Of a stretch of 61,464 nucleotides of DNA, positions 41,530-50,349 are shown piece by piece (the first letter of the stretch is position 1; each line of letters starts with the position of its first letter). Source of the DNA: a virus; the IMG/VR virus record IMGVR_UViG_3300031673_000040, positions 1 to 61,464 of that record; one strand, written 5' to 3'. The translations under genes were made by a program, and so were the position numbers. Below the pieces are notes generated by a model that worked only from the letters and a program-made list of their open reading frames with translations, searched no databases and was not told where the DNA came from.

Positions 41530-42602
41530 TGTTCACCCGCACATACGAGCTATCCCTCAATAAAGGATACGTTGCTCATTGGGGACTCGCGGAAGCTGTG
41601 CGGGAACTTATACAGAACGCGCTGGACAGCGAATCACCCTTTGTTTATGAATTCAAGAATGACGGTGACGAGCATACTCTCAAGTTGCGTTCTGAGTTTA
41701 CGACCTTGTCTCCACAAACGCTGCTTCTTGGTTCAACAAGTAAAGCGGACAGCGAGGACAGCATCGGCAGTTTTGGCGAGGGCTACAAAATTGCGCTACT
41801 TGTTCTTACGCGACTGTTCAAACCCGTTAGCATCGCCAATGGAGATAAGTTGTGGGAGCCGCGATTTAAGTACAACTCCAAATTCGAGCAGGAACTTCTT
41901 GTTGTTGAGGAAAGCACACTGGCTTATAAGAATACCGGGCTTACGTTTGAGATACGTGGGTTGACGAGTGACGAGTGCGACGACATACGCGACTCCTGCT
42001 TGCGTATGCAGAGCGACATTGGGGCGATAAAGCAAACGCCATACGGCGACATCCTGCTTGAGCGTCCAGGTAAGCTCTACGTCGGTGGCCTGTTCATTTG
42101 CTCTACAGAACTCATACACGGCTACAACATCAAACCGTCCAACATCAAGTTGGAACGCGATAGGCAAACCGTCTCGTCGTGGGAATTAAGCGCCACGACG
42201 ACGAACATGTGGTACGCGACCGAAGAGTATGAAACGATCGCAAACATGATTAACGAGGGCGTCCCAGATGTTGCAGATGCCCAATGGAGTTCGCCGGCGC
42301 TTGTCAAAGAAGCATGTTACAGACTTTTCCGTGAACAGCACCCCGGTGCAATCATTGCGGAAAATCAAACTCATCTTAAAGAGCTTGTTGCCAAGGGTAT
42401 GGAAAAGGTCGTTTTCATAGGCGGGTCTATGTACGCAAACGTATCCAGTTCAAGAGCATACAGAAGCGAAACCCGTGTTGCTGTGGAGTCGATAAATGAC
42501 CGTCTTGTGCGGTGGCTTGGCGCAAATCGTGGTAAGATGCAAGCCGCTGCGATTGTTGCTTTTAAAGAACTGATTAGCGAATCGAAAGGCTGGCATAAGT
42601 AA
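41529..42602 (+). CDS. GHKL (Bergerat-fold) ATPase-like protein, function unknown
   Basis: N-box ELIQNALDS (ExxxNAxD) and G2-like box IGSFGEGYK (compare Hsp90 IGQFGVGFY). TAATG overlaps with queF upstream and dpdA downstream. Confidence 0.55.
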   Translation: MFTRTYELSLNKGYVAHWGLAEAVRELIQNALDSESPFVYEFKNDGDEHTLKLRSEFTTLSPQTLLLGSTSKADSEDSIGSFGEGYKIALLVLTRLFKPVSIANGDKLWEPRFKYNSKFEQELLVVEESTLAYKNTGLTFEIRGLTSDECDDIRDSCLRMQSDIGAIKQTPYGDILLERPGKLYVGGLFICSTELIHGYNIKPSNIKLERDRQTVSSWELSATTTNMWYATEEYETIANMINEGVPDVADAQWSSPALVKEACYRLFREQHPGAIIAENQTHLKELVAKGMEKVVFIGGSMYANVSSSRAYRSETRVAVESINDRLVRWLGANRGKMQAAAIVAFKELISESKGWHK

Positions 42603-43552
42603 TGCCTACCGTTAACTACTACTTCTCCGGCATTGGTAACTTCTCTGTTGAGCAGAAGGAGAAGCTATCAGGCTTATGCGAGTACCGTCTGCAATCGTGT
42701 CACAAGGAGTACGTGCGACAAACAGCGGACTGGATGTACTACGCGTCGCAGCATAAGAATACAGTTGAAATCATGCTGGACTCTGGTGCATTTACTGCGT
42801 GGAACAAAGGCAAGGTTATTGAGCTTGAACCCCTGATACAGGTGTATGGTGAGATGATTGAGAAGTACGAACATGGCTTGCGTAAGGTTTGGTTGATTAA
42901 CTTGGATAAGATTCCGGGTGAGCGAGGTAGAACAGCAAGCCACGAAGAACTCGAGGAGGCAATGCGTGAATCAGATAGAAATTACGAAATCCTTGTTAAG
43001 CATTTCGGCGATCGTGTACTTCCTGTATTCCATCAAAACGAGCCGAAGGAAAGGTTACGCAATGTCTGCCAAATGGCGGACTACATTTGTATCTCTCCAA
43101 GGAACGACGTCGCGGAAAAGTTCCGTATCTCCTGGGCGGCGGAAGTACATACGCTCCTTCTTAACGAGCCTAAGAGAGTACGAACTCATGGACTTGCGAC
43201 GACAGGGATGCACATGCTCAGAAACGTTGATTGGTTTTCGGCCGACTCTGCTTGGTGGATGCAAACCGCGATTAACGGGTCAATCTTCTACCTGGCACAC
43301 GATGGAGACTTACGCACAATCCAAGTATCGGAGAGAGCTGGTGCTCGTAAAGATGCGGGACAGCATTATACAACAATTCCGAGAGCAATGCAGAAAGTAA
43401 TAGACGACCGTCTTGCTATTCACGGAATCACAATTAAAGAAGTTGCAGAGCACCATACGCCAAGGTTCGTCGCCTGCATCTACGAAGTTCTTGAATGGCT
43501 GAAAGTGGCGAAGCCGAAACCGCTACACCACGTAGGATTATTCGACCTATGA
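42602..43552 (+). CDS. dpdA: DpdA-like DNA-guanine transglycosylase (TGT superfamily)
   Basis: IMLDSGAFTAWNKG matches the catalytic Asp-Ser-Gly motif of TGT/DpdA. Supported by the que gene context. Confidence 0.7.
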   Translation: MPTVNYYFSGIGNFSVEQKEKLSGLCEYRLQSCHKEYVRQTADWMYYASQHKNTVEIMLDSGAFTAWNKGKVIELEPLIQVYGEMIEKYEHGLRKVWLINLDKIPGERGRTASHEELEEAMRESDRNYEILVKHFGDRVLPVFHQNEPKERLRNVCQMADYICISPRNDVAEKFRISWAAEVHTLLLNEPKRVRTHGLATTGMHMLRNVDWFSADSAWWMQTAINGSIFYLAHDGDLRTIQVSERAGARKDAGQHYTTIPRAMQKVIDDRLAIHGITIKEVAEHHTPRFVACIYEVLEWLKVAKPKPLHHVGLFDL

Positions 43553-43809
43553 TATACGTTCTAGCATGTTGCCAAGCCTGTGCAGAAGTTGTTGCTCGAG
43601 ATGCAGGTATCGGCTATAGCAGATGGCAAAGTGTAAACAGCGCGGAAACTCTCCGTGGCCTACGCAACGTAGAGGTGCTATGCTGCACGAATTTAAGCAG
43701 TAGACGTGACTACAACGAACTTTACGAGGAACTTAACGTTCGTGGGATAACATGTAGGGTAATTGTCCATAATGGCTTTAAACAAGAAGGAGTGCAAAAT
43801 GCAACGTAA
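43549..43809 (+). CDS. Hypothetical protein (86 aa; start MIYVLACC)
   Basis: ATGA overlap with dpdA. Confidence 0.5.
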   Translation: MIYVLACCQACAEVVARDAGIGYSRWQSVNSAETLRGLRNVEVLCCTNLSSRRDYNELYEELNVRGITCRVIVHNGFKQEGVQNAT

Positions 43810-44077
43810 AGAAGTATATGAGGCGATAGACAGCGAACGCGAATACCAGATTCGCAAATGGGGAGACAACGCAAAACACGGTCACGAAGTAGGCGCATAC
43901 CTTACGCTGCTTCGCAGACATCTCGCCTTGGCGGAAATTCACTGGTCGCAGAGCGGCACAGACTATTTGGCACTTGACGAACTGCGGCAGATCCTAGCTA
44001 TCGGCGTTTCCTGCGCGGAACAGCACGGTATTAACTTCCGAAGCCCGCACATTTCGGTTGCATCGAAACGCACGTAG
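43799..44077 (+). CDS. Small all-alpha protein, possibly of the MazG-like NTP-pyrophosphohydrolase superfamily
   Basis: SD aaggag upstream. EAIDSEREYQIRKWG...YLTLLRRHL resembles phage dNTP pyrophosphohydrolase N-termini. Confidence 0.35.
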   Translation: MQRKEVYEAIDSEREYQIRKWGDNAKHGHEVGAYLTLLRRHLALAEIHWSQSGTDYLALDELRQILAIGVSCAEQHGINFRSPHISVASKRT

Positions 44078-44120
44078 CGCGCAAGGTTTGCTGGTTGGCA
44101 TACTAGCATCAAAGCAGCAT

Positions 44121-44137
44121 CTAAAACGCCGTAAACG
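44121..44137 (+). promoter_or_regulatory. Conserved intergenic box, copy 4 (CTAAAACGCCGTAAACG)
   Basis: One extra A relative to copies 2 and 3. Lies 42 nt upstream of the mazG-like ATG. Confidence 0.6.
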
Positions 44138-44178
44138 TTAACGTACAGCCCCGCAAGTGGCAGAAAGAGGTGTATATC

Positions 44179-44550
44179 ATGCACATTGTAACTGATATTG
44201 AAAAAAGACACGCTGAGATGGTAACGCTCCTCGGCAAACCTGGCGAAGCTATATGCTTTACACTAACGCCTGAGGACGCGCACATCTGGCACATGGCAAC
44301 CGGCATATCTGGTGAGGCGGGTGAGATACTGGACGCTATCAAAAAGGTCGTAGTCTACCGCAAGCCCATTGACCGCGAAAACGTCATTGAAGAACTCGGC
44401 GACATTGAGTTCTACATGGAGGGCTTGCGTCAAGGACTCAATATAACTCGCGAAGAAGTTCTCGAGTACAACTATCACAAGCTAATGAAGAAGAGATACC
44501 CTAACGGTTACTCTGACCAAGCGGCACAGGCAAGGGCGGACAAGCAATGA
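44179..44550 (+). CDS. mazG: MazG-like nucleotide pyrophosphohydrolase
   Basis: SGEAGEILDAIKK ... EELGDIEFY ... NYHKLMKKRY: the EExxE/D metal-binding helices. Confidence 0.8.
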   Translation: MHIVTDIEKRHAEMVTLLGKPGEAICFTLTPEDAHIWHMATGISGEAGEILDAIKKVVVYRKPIDRENVIEELGDIEFYMEGLRQGLNITREEVLEYNYHKLMKKRYPNGYSDQAAQARADKQ

Positions 44551-45089
44551 GACTAATCGGCCTAGCAGGACCAGCGGGGTCTGGTAAAGACACAATAGCG
44601 GACTACCTTGTCGAAACGTATGACTACGATAAGATGTCATTCGCAGCACCCATCAAAGACGCACTCTGCGCAATGTTCAATTGGGATCCAAGTAAGTTGA
44701 ACGACCGTGAGTGGAAGGAAGCTGTGCTCCCTGATATTGGCAAGAGCCCGCGTCAACTGATGCAAACCCTTGGTACAGAATGGGGGCGCAATCTTGTCAA
44801 CCCTCATTTGTGGCTAATCATCGCAAAAGGTGAAATCGAGTATGCGCAGCATCACGATTTTGATATCGTTGTATCTGATGTCCGTTTTGAGAACGAAGCT
44901 AAAATGATTCGTGAGATGGGCGGCGTTATTTGGCACATAGAACGCGATCCAAAAGCAGCTAAGATGGCACATGCAAGCGAAGCTGGAGTTGAGCGAACGC
45001 TTGACGACGTTCTTTTTCTCAATACCGGGACGATTGAGGCTGCGTACGGTATTGCTGATTTTATCATCGAGGCTTTCCCGACATGCTAG
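44547..45089 (+). CDS. Deoxynucleoside monophosphate kinase
   Basis: P-loop GLAGPAGSGKDT. The size and FENE/DVRF pattern resemble phage dNMP kinases. Confidence 0.65.
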   Translation: MRLIGLAGPAGSGKDTIADYLVETYDYDKMSFAAPIKDALCAMFNWDPSKLNDREWKEAVLPDIGKSPRQLMQTLGTEWGRNLVNPHLWLIIAKGEIEYAQHHDFDIVVSDVRFENEAKMIREMGGVIWHIERDPKAAKMAHASEAGVERTLDDVLFLNTGTIEAAYGIADFIIEAFPTC

Positions 45090-46045
45090 ATACTCTCCAG
45101 TTGGTCTTTGGAGCAGTTGCGACCAAGGATATTCAACCTGTTCTTACGCATGTGCTTATCTACCCCGGGCGACTGCAAGGGGGCGACGGTATAATAACGA
45201 TTGATGCACCGTTTGACTGTGACCTACCTACGATGGCAGTGCCCGGACAGAAATTTCTCAACTCTGTTATAGCGTGTGACGGTACGCCGAAGCTTGCTGT
45301 AACTGACGGCGGAAAAATGTCAATCAAGAAAGGTTCGTTCAAAGCATACCTGTCCACATTGCCAGCCGAAAATTTCCCCATGGATGAAAAGAAAGGTGAG
45401 CCGCAGAAAGTTCCCGATACGTTTTTGCTTGCACTAAAGTCGTTAAGACCATTTGTGTCCAAAGATGCCAGTCGCCCTTGGTCAATGGGCATAAAGTTTT
45501 CTGGATGTTTTTGTTTCGCAACAAACAATATCGTGCTTGCTAGGCTTCCCATCGACTGGACGGCACCCGACATTGTCCTGCCTGCTGTTGCCATAAATGC
45601 TCTTATAGAAATGCGTGAGTTACCTTCAACGATGTATGTTGAAGAAGGCTCTGCTACGTTTGAGTACAACGATGGGTCGTGGTTAAAGACTCGCACAACA
45701 ACCGCCGAGTGGCCGAATGTCGAAGCGATGCTGGAAAAGTTCTTATTTGACCTAGATCCTGTCCCTGAGGGCTTGCTGGCGGCTTTGCGCAAGGTGAAGA
45801 AGTTCTGCACCAACGTCAAGTTCCCACAGGTAACACTTAGCGAGGAAGGGGTATCGTCCGATGACGGCGGCGGTGACATTGCGTCGGTTGAAGGTCTCAA
45901 GTTGCATAAGAGCCTCTTCAACGCAGACATGCTGGAACTCGTTCTCGAAAGTGCAACCCATGTGGATTTCTCGGGGTACCCTTCCGCTTGCACCTTCTCA
46001 GGTGCAGACAATCTTGTTGGATTATTTATTGGAGTAAAACCTTGA
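45083..46045 (+). CDS. Sliding-clamp (DNA polymerase III beta)-like protein
   Basis: The N-terminus LQLVFGAVATKDIQPVLTHVLIY...GIITIDA parallels the beta-clamp N-terminal pattern. A 320-aa ORF upstream of the polymerase gene. Confidence 0.45.
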   Translation: MLDTLQLVFGAVATKDIQPVLTHVLIYPGRLQGGDGIITIDAPFDCDLPTMAVPGQKFLNSVIACDGTPKLAVTDGGKMSIKKGSFKAYLSTLPAENFPMDEKKGEPQKVPDTFLLALKSLRPFVSKDASRPWSMGIKFSGCFCFATNNIVLARLPIDWTAPDIVLPAVAINALIEMRELPSTMYVEEGSATFEYNDGSWLKTRTTTAEWPNVEAMLEKFLFDLDPVPEGLLAALRKVKKFCTNVKFPQVTLSEEGVSSDDGGGDIASVEGLKLHKSLFNADMLELVLESATHVDFSGYPSACTFSGADNLVGLFIGVKP

Positions 46046-46173
46046 AGAAAACAGCAACACCCACATTCCCAAAGTCCAAAGCGCCCACCGGCAAGACGCA
46101 GTGTGACGAGTGCAAACGGTTCATAAAAACCAAAGGTATCGCAGACCACATGAAAAACGTCCATGGCAAGTAG
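46042..46173 (+). CDS. Possible mini zinc-finger protein (43 aa, TTG start)
   Basis: CDECKRFIKTKGIADHMKNVH has CxxC-x12-H-x4-H spacing. SD ggag lies 8 nt upstream. TTGA overlap with the clamp stop. Confidence 0.3.
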   Translation: MKKTATPTFPKSKAPTGKTQCDECKRFIKTKGIADHMKNVHGK

Positions 46174-48073
46174 GCCAGATGATATTGGTATGTTCTGGGA
46201 GGACATACCAACTGAAAAGGGAGCGCGTGGCGATGTATACAGACCACAGCCACCAATACCCGACACCGGATGGAGACCACCATCTGACTTTCCTAACCTA
46301 AGAGATGCTGGCGTAATATGCTTGGACGTAGAAACAAACGATCCCGACCTGCGCTCAAAAGGGCCCGGCTGCCGGCGTGACGGCTACATTGCGGGTATCG
46401 CAGTTGGTACAGATGATGGTTATCGCGGGTACTTCCCAATACGACACAAGCTAGGTGGCAACCTAGATCCTGACCAAGTGAAGACTTGGCTGTCTGACCA
46501 GCTATACGGTACGACAATACCTAAGGTTGGAGCCAACCTGCTTTATGACTTAGATTTCTTAACAGCGGAAGGAGTGGATTGTGGCAATGGGCCGAACTAT
46601 GATGTGCAGAATGCAGAGCCACTTCTTGATGAATACAAGAGGAGCTATGCTCTTGAGATACTTGGGCAAGAGTACTTGGGTGAGGGGAAAACGTCGGAAG
46701 CACTTTACCGTTGGTCATCTGCAGCGTATGGCGGCAAGCCGGAGGCGGGAGAACAGGCTCGTAACATCTGGCGGTGCCCTGTGCAGCTTGTCGGGCCGTA
46801 TGCCGAAGGGGACGTCGATCTTCCATTACGCATATTTGAGAAGCAGAAACAAAGGCTTGAGGCTGAGAACCTTTGGAATGTATTCGATCTTGAGACGCGC
46901 CTAGTCCCAATGCTGCTCGCCATGCGTCAGCGAGGAGTTAGAATTGACTTTGAACAAGCTGATATCGTAGAGAAGCAATTGGGTGTTTTCATTCTTGAGC
47001 TACAAAAGGACCTTGGGAAACTGAACGTAAACTCATCTGATGAGATCTCGAGGCTGTGCGACAAGAACGGCATACACTACCCAAGGACAAAGCCAACCGC
47101 CAACTATCCGAAGGGGCAAGCCAGCTTTCAGAAGGACTGGTTAAAGAACCATGACCACCCGCTTATGCAAAAGATATCTGAGATGCGGACGTATCTCAAG
47201 TACCGCGACACCTTCATAACGTCCTACTTACATGGGAATCAGATCAATGGCCGCATACACACGTCGTTCAATCAGTTACGAAGTGACGAAGGTGGGACTG
47301 TCACAGGACGCTTCTCTTCCTCTAACCCTAACCTACAGAATATACCTAAACGAGGAAAAGGGAAAATCATGCGCTCACCTTTTGTTCCTGAAGTGGATGA
47401 GGATCTTGTACGTTTCGATTGGTCGCAAATTGAATTTCGACTCCTCGTCCATAAAGCTGTTGGGCGAGGGGCGGAAGACGCTGTGCGACGTTACAATCAA
47501 GACCCCACGACAGACTTTCACGAGTTCGTAATCGGCTTAACCGGCTTGGAACGCGACTATGCGAAAAACATCAACTTCGGGTTTGCTTTTGGCATGGGCA
47601 TCGACTTGCTTTGTAAGATACTTGGTGTTGATAAGGAAACCGGGCTCGGTATTATCGACCGTTATCACAAAGGTGTTCCGTTTGTGAAATCGACAGCCGA
47701 CGCTGCATCAAGGGCCGCTAAAAACCGCGAGATGATTGTGACCATTGAAGGCCGGCGTGCTCGCTTCCCAGACGGTGAGTATACGCACAAGGCTTTGAAT
47801 CGCTATACACAAGGCAGCTCTGCTGATATAATGAAACGCTCGATGGTTGAGATATGGGAGTCCGGTATTTGTGATGTGCTGGGCGCGCCTCTGCTAACTG
47901 TACACGATGAGTTGGTATGGTCTGCGCCAAGAACGCCGGCTGCGAAGGAAGCATTGCGCGAAGTCAAGAATATCATGGAGCATACTGTAAAGCTGAAAGT
48001 ACCTACTCCGGTAGCAATGGAGATAGGATCTACGTGGCATAACTGTAAAGAAGTAGCGGGGTATCTTGAATAA
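46163..48073 (+). CDS. polA: Family A DNA polymerase with a 3'-5' exonuclease domain
   Basis: Exo I CLDVETND. TGRFSSSNPNLQNIP, motif A DWSQIEFRLL, motif B RDYAKNINFGFAFGMG and motif C VHDELV. Confidence 0.95.
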   Translation: MASRPDDIGMFWEDIPTEKGARGDVYRPQPPIPDTGWRPPSDFPNLRDAGVICLDVETNDPDLRSKGPGCRRDGYIAGIAVGTDDGYRGYFPIRHKLGGNLDPDQVKTWLSDQLYGTTIPKVGANLLYDLDFLTAEGVDCGNGPNYDVQNAEPLLDEYKRSYALEILGQEYLGEGKTSEALYRWSSAAYGGKPEAGEQARNIWRCPVQLVGPYAEGDVDLPLRIFEKQKQRLEAENLWNVFDLETRLVPMLLAMRQRGVRIDFEQADIVEKQLGVFILELQKDLGKLNVNSSDEISRLCDKNGIHYPRTKPTANYPKGQASFQKDWLKNHDHPLMQKISEMRTYLKYRDTFITSYLHGNQINGRIHTSFNQLRSDEGGTVTGRFSSSNPNLQNIPKRGKGKIMRSPFVPEVDEDLVRFDWSQIEFRLLVHKAVGRGAEDAVRRYNQDPTTDFHEFVIGLTGLERDYAKNINFGFAFGMGIDLLCKILGVDKETGLGIIDRYHKGVPFVKSTADAASRAAKNREMIVTIEGRRARFPDGEYTHKALNRYTQGSSADIMKRSMVEIWESGICDVLGAPLLTVHDELVWSAPRTPAAKEALREVKNIMEHTVKLKVPTPVAMEIGSTWHNCKEVAGYLE

Positions 48074-48534
48074 TGGCATTCTTATGCGTAGCACATCAGG
48101 AAAGCGACCAAAAGGTCTGTGAGAAGTGTGGACTGGTATGGGACATGAACGATAGTAATCCGCCATTCTGCGGTGAGGTATACAGGAAAAGCTCGCGGGC
48201 GCTAAAGCGTAGCCGTCAGACGAAACTCGAAAGCACAATAGAGATAGCGAGCAACATCGGCTCTGGTTTCTTTATATCAATGGTACTTTACAGATTTGTT
48301 GTTTTTCCTTACATGCTTAAGATGGGCGCAGGGCAGCAGGCATTCTGGATTACGCTCTTATTCACAGTTACCTCTGTTATCAGGAGCTATGTATGGCGGC
48401 GTTTCTTCAATGCCGAGCTGCATAAAATAGTACACCAGCGCGTGGGTAGGTTTGTTGCGTGGTGTGCTAGTATCAAGTCACCAAAGAGAACGCAGCAAAC
48501 AGCCATTAAACGTACCAAAAAGCGCAGAGTATGA
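48073..48534 (+). CDS. Membrane protein with an N-terminal Cys pair (153 aa)
   Basis: CEKCG...FCGE, followed by two hydrophobic helices (GSGFFISMVLYRFVVF, AFWITLLFTVTSVI) and a basic tail. Confidence 0.5.
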   Translation: MAFLCVAHQESDQKVCEKCGLVWDMNDSNPPFCGEVYRKSSRALKRSRQTKLESTIEIASNIGSGFFISMVLYRFVVFPYMLKMGAGQQAFWITLLFTVTSVIRSYVWRRFFNAELHKIVHQRVGRFVAWCASIKSPKRTQQTAIKRTKKRRV

Positions 48535-48944
48535 GTGAAAAAACACTACGCCACAGCGTTCGGGATATCTTAAAACCCGGATTTGTTTTACAGGTTGAGA
48601 ACGCAATGGCGACGGGCACTCCCGATACGTATGTCGGTCTTCAGGAATGGCATGGCTGGCTCGAATTGAAGTTCGGTACAGAGGTTCCTGCACGCCCAAC
48701 TACAGGTGTTTTCACTTCTTTGAACAGGGGCCTTGAGGTAGAACAGGAAGCGACGTTGTTTAAAATGTGGCAGCATAGCCCAGGGTCGGCCTGGGTGTAT
48801 GCGAGGTTAAACAAGGACTGTTTTTTGGTGCCCGGCAATCGGGCCTACGATTTCAATGCTTTTACACTTGCAGAGCTCCAACCGTTCGCGTGTGGGTTAA
48901 ACTTCCTCCGCGAACGGTTGGCGGTGCTAGGTAATCTTAAATAA
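48531..48944 (+). CDS. VRR-NUC / PD-(D/E)xK nuclease
   Basis: GTPDTYVGLQEWHGWLELKF contains the D...E-x-K catalytic pattern. Confidence 0.6.
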   Translation: MSEKTLRHSVRDILKPGFVLQVENAMATGTPDTYVGLQEWHGWLELKFGTEVPARPTTGVFTSLNRGLEVEQEATLFKMWQHSPGSAWVYARLNKDCFLVPGNRAYDFNAFTLAELQPFACGLNFLRERLAVLGNLK

Positions 48945-48966
48945 AGACGAAGAGTGTATGCGGGAG

Positions 48967-49734
48967 TCATCTTAAATTTAAGATCTTGTGTAGTTGCAGA
49001 GATAGCTTGTGTCCGTGTTTCATGCAGAGGGTCACAGCGAGCTCCACATTCGCTTGCGTAGCAACTCCATCGCGCATGTGGGTAGTAACATCCTCATGTA
49101 CGTAGTACTCTTCCATAGGCTGGAGATACACTTGACGGTTGGCGAGTACTTTCTCGCTAGGCGGCGCCAGTGCTGCGCTCTTCTCACCTGCTTGTGTGTT
49201 CGTTATGGGTATGCCATGCTCTTCTGTATGATCGTCGAATGTCGATATAAGATACTTGTACGCGTCTGCATTTGCTTCAACCCGCGGATGCAACTTGGGT
49301 GTTTTTGGAGACACCACAATCAATGTCTCAAGGCGGTTGCCAAGCTCCGGACGCAGGTCTTCCTCAAGCAAGCTCTCAGGCCATACAGTGCCCGCTGTCT
49401 CAATCTGCACTTGCATTCCGTTCTCGCGTAGAGCACGAATCAATGGGGCTATCTCTTGCATCATTGGCTCGCCGCCGGTTAGCACAACAAGACGGTTACC
49501 AAACTCGATGCAGTCGCTAACGATGTTTTCTACGCTGACAACTGACGACGACTTCGTGTCGAAATCAGTATCACAGAAAGTGCAGCGCAGATTGCAACCG
49601 CCCAAGCGAACAAATGTGGCGGGTGTGCCAGCAAGCGGACCTTCGCCTTGTATGGTTGGGAACAGTTCACGCAGGAGAAGGAACCCTTCTTCTGGCAGGT
49701 GTGACTTCTTAAGTACTGGGTTATTTCCGAACAT
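48967..49734 (-). CDS. queE: 7-carboxy-7-deazaguanine synthase (radical SAM)
   Basis: GGCNLRCTFCDT contains the CxxxCxxC cluster. Also LTGGEP. SD aaggagga upstream. Confidence 0.9.
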   Translation of the reverse strand: MFGNNPVLKKSHLPEEGFLLLRELFPTIQGEGPLAGTPATFVRLGGCNLRCTFCDTDFDTKSSSVVSVENIVSDCIEFGNRLVVLTGGEPMMQEIAPLIRALRENGMQVQIETAGTVWPESLLEEDLRPELGNRLETLIVVSPKTPKLHPRVEANADAYKYLISTFDDHTEEHGIPITNTQAGEKSAALAPPSEKVLANRQVYLQPMEEYYVHEDVTTHMRDGVATQANVELAVTLCMKHGHKLSLQLHKILNLR

Positions 49735-49838
49735 ATATCCTCCTTATAACTACTTGATTATTAACGTGAATCCGGGGCATTTAAACGCGTTTGTAGCGCA
49801 CGGTTTGCCAGTTGATATACGTACCACTACCAGCATAT

Positions 49839-49855
49839 CTAAACGCGCTTAAATG
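49839..49855 (+). promoter_or_regulatory. Conserved intergenic box, copy 5 (degenerate: CTAAACGCGCTTAAATG)
   Basis: Same orientation as copies 1-4 although the flanking genes are on the minus strand. Lies 16 nt from the terminator hairpin. Confidence 0.4.
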
Positions 49856-49870
49856 AGCGCATACAGTGGC

Positions 49871-49896
49871 AAAAAAGCCCAGATTAACTGGGCTTT
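49871..49896 (-). terminator. Rho-independent terminator of the leftward early transcript
   Basis: Minus-strand reading: aaagcccag ttaat ctgggcttttttgcc. Confidence 0.8.
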
Positions 49897-49915
49897 GTGT
49901 GACATGTTGCATGTT

Positions 49916-50275
49916 TCAGAGTGCTTTAACTTCGTCGAACAGCTTGCGCAGTTCGGCGGTTGCTTTACGCATTTCTTCGGCGGCGCCAGACAGAAGACTT
50001 GTTCCTGTGCTGCCCATGTGTGCTTCCAGGTGCGAGACCCACAGGTGAAAACGAGACTCAAGACTATCTTCTGTTTCCTGTACGACTGTCTCGATACTGA
50101 CTTTAGCGCCTGTGGCAGCATCTGCTGCTGCTTGCTCATCTATCGCCAGTTGTGCTGCTGCGGTTGCTGCTTCATCTGCTGCCAGTTGCTCTGCTGACGC
50201 CGCTCCCGACTTATCTGCTGCCTCTTTTTCCTTCGCTGCTGCGAGTGCTGCTGCTTGTTCTGCTTTCGTAGCCAT
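49916..50275 (-). CDS. Hypothetical Ala/Glu-rich helical protein (119 aa)
   Basis: SD taggag upstream. Followed by the terminator. Confidence 0.6.
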   Translation of the reverse strand: MATKAEQAAALAAAKEKEAADKSGAASAEQLAADEAATAAAQLAIDEQAAADAATGAKVSIETVVQETEDSLESRFHLWVSHLEAHMGSTGTSLLSGAAEEMRKATAELRKLFDEVKAL

Positions 50276-50349
50276 GTTGTACTCCTAAGATTTTGAAAGT
50301 AAACTGCCGCTGGATAGCGGCAGTTTCGTTGCTTGGTGCTGCCAGGCGA

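Noticed and set aside
45160-46266. A 368-aa minus-strand ORF antisense to the clamp-like gene and the polA start
   Set aside because: It is a shadow ORF. It is Ser/Pro/Gly/Ala-rich and low in complexity, has no SD, and is fully covered by well-supported plus-strand genes in a strictly co-directional arm.
48935-48984. ATCTTAAAT / ATTTAAGAT repeats at the convergence point as a bidirectional terminator
   Set aside because: The stems are A/T-only, overlap the queE stop codon and lack flanking T-tracts. They are too weak to call a terminator and are mentioned only in the architecture finding.
49256-49852. Plus-strand ORFs (198 aa and others) over queE, and 50293-51090 (265 aa) over the histone-like gene
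   Set aside because: They are antisense to motif-supported minus-strand genes. They are Cys/Arg/Ser/Phe-rich and implausible, with no SD.
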